DNA of 64,000 nucleotides from Escherichia coli O157:H7 (GTDB lineage Bacteria; Pseudomonadota; Gammaproteobacteria; Enterobacterales; Enterobacteriaceae): NCBI RefSeq assembly GCF_013167455.1, contig NZ_CP038328.1; one strand, 5' to 3'. Shown piece by piece: positions 62,990 to 64,000 of this stretch (position 1 is its first letter; each line of letters starts with the position of its first letter). The notes under the pieces were generated by a model. It saw only the letters and a program-made list of their open reading frames with translations, ran no database searches and was not told where the DNA came from. The position numbers and the translations under genes were made by a program.

Positions 62990-63526
62990 TTACTCGTCCA
63001 GCAGAATCACTTTGCCGATATACGGCAGATGACGGTAACGCTGTGCGTAATCAATGCCGTAACCCACCACAAACTCATCCGGGATCGAGAAACCGATAAA
63101 TTCTACCGGGACGTTCACTTCACGACGGGACGGTTTATCCAGCAGCGTACAAATCGCCAACGACTTCGGTTCGCGCAGGCTTAAGATCTCACGCACTTTC
63201 GACAGTGTATTCCCCGAGTCGATGATATCTTCAACAATCAGCACATCCTTGCCACGGATATCTTCATCCAGATCTTTGAGGATTTTCACATCACGGGTGG
63301 TGGACATGCCGCTACCGTAGCTGGAGGCGGTCATAAAGTCGACTTCATGAGATACCTGAACTTCACGGCACAGGTCCGCCATAAACATAAATGAGCCACG
63401 CAGCAGACCCACCAGCACCATATCGCTGCCGCTGTCTTTGTAACGCTCAGTAATCTGACGACCCAGTTCGGCGATACGCGCTTTAATCTCCGCTTCGGGG
63501 ATCATTACTTCTACAGTATGTTTCAT
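62990..63526 (-). CDS. hpt: Hypoxanthine phosphoribosyltransferase
   Basis: 178 aa from ATG 63524-63526 ([14 protein letters not shown]...); alternative ATG at 63538 adds MVRD; PRPP-binding [14 protein letters not shown]. Confidence 0.9.
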
Positions 63527-63731
63527 ATCTCTAACCATATGATTTAAAAACAAATCACTTCGCACGGGCAGGTTTTGGCACCGCAACAAAGCGCAAGACA
63601 CGCAGTATACCAGCAAAACGATTCATTCGCGGAATCTGTTAATAAAGCTCAAATTGTGATGACGATCACACATGTTAAAACCTATAATTAATTGCTACTA
63701 AAATATTAATGAATTGAAATGGTGTCTCTTT

Positions 63732-64000
63732 ATGGCAATTAACAATACAGGCTCGCGACGATTACTCGTCACGCTAACAGCCCTTTTTGCAGCGCTTTGC
63801 GGGCTGTATCTACTCATTGGCGGAGGCTGGCTGGTCGCGATTGGCGGCTCCTGGTACTACCCTATCGCTGGCCTTGTGATGCTCGGCGTCGCCTGGATGC
63901 TGTGGCGCAGTAAACGTGCCGCGCTTTGGCTATACGCCGCCCTGCTGCTCGGCACCATGATTTGGGGCGTCTGGGAAGTTGGTTTCGACTTCTGGGCGCT
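63732..64000 (+). CDS. gcd: Quinoprotein glucose dehydrogenase, N-terminal portion (runs off window end)
   Basis: ORF from ATG 63732 (MAINNTGSRRLLVTLTALFAALCGLYLLIGGGWLVAIGG...), N-terminal membrane anchor; open to window edge. Confidence 0.88.
   Translation, partial: MAINNTGSRRLLVTLTALFAALCGLYLLIGGGWLVAIGGSWYYPIAGLVMLGVAWMLWRSKRAALWLYAALLLGTMIWGVWEVGFDFWA

Overview
This window reads as Escherichia coli core chromosome, matching the K-12 region from gcd/hpt through dnaE in reverse-complement orientation; I found no convincing undescribed system. All identifications come from reading the six-frame translations and the DNA by eye, with no searches run. Gene order is dnaE(5' part)-rnhB-lpxB-lpxA-fabZ-lpxD-skp-bamA-rseP-cdsA-uppS-dxr-frr-pyrH-tsf-rpsB (minus), map-glnD-dapD-yaeH (plus), cdaR-degP-dgt (minus), mtn-btuF-yadS (plus), erpA-clcA (minus), hemL (plus), fhuBDCA-mrcB-hrpB (minus), thpR-sfsA-dksA-gluQ-pcnB-folK (plus), a seven-gene yad-type chaperone-usher fimbrial operon (plus), panB-panC, rpnC(yadD), panD, yadE-yadI-yadH-yadG, can, hpt and the start of gcd. 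Many six-frame ORFs are N-terminally over-extended; starts were corrected where the known protein begins internally (fabZ TTG, skp GTG, hrpB GTG, pcnB AUU, and others). Non-coding content includes two ERIC elements in opposite orientation, a triple-palindrome between hrpB and mrcB, hairpin terminators, the degP sigmaE promoter and a fhuA Fur box. The strain appears not to be K-12: yaeI is absent, the folK 3' end and yad operon are divergent alleles, and an ERIC lies between panC and yadD. These strain comparisons rest on my recollection of the K-12 reference and need alignment to confirm. Every long ORF is either assignable to a known family or an antisense shadow of a stronger gene. The least characterised content is the yad fimbrial operon, rpnC and the yadE-yadI-yadH-yadG cluster.
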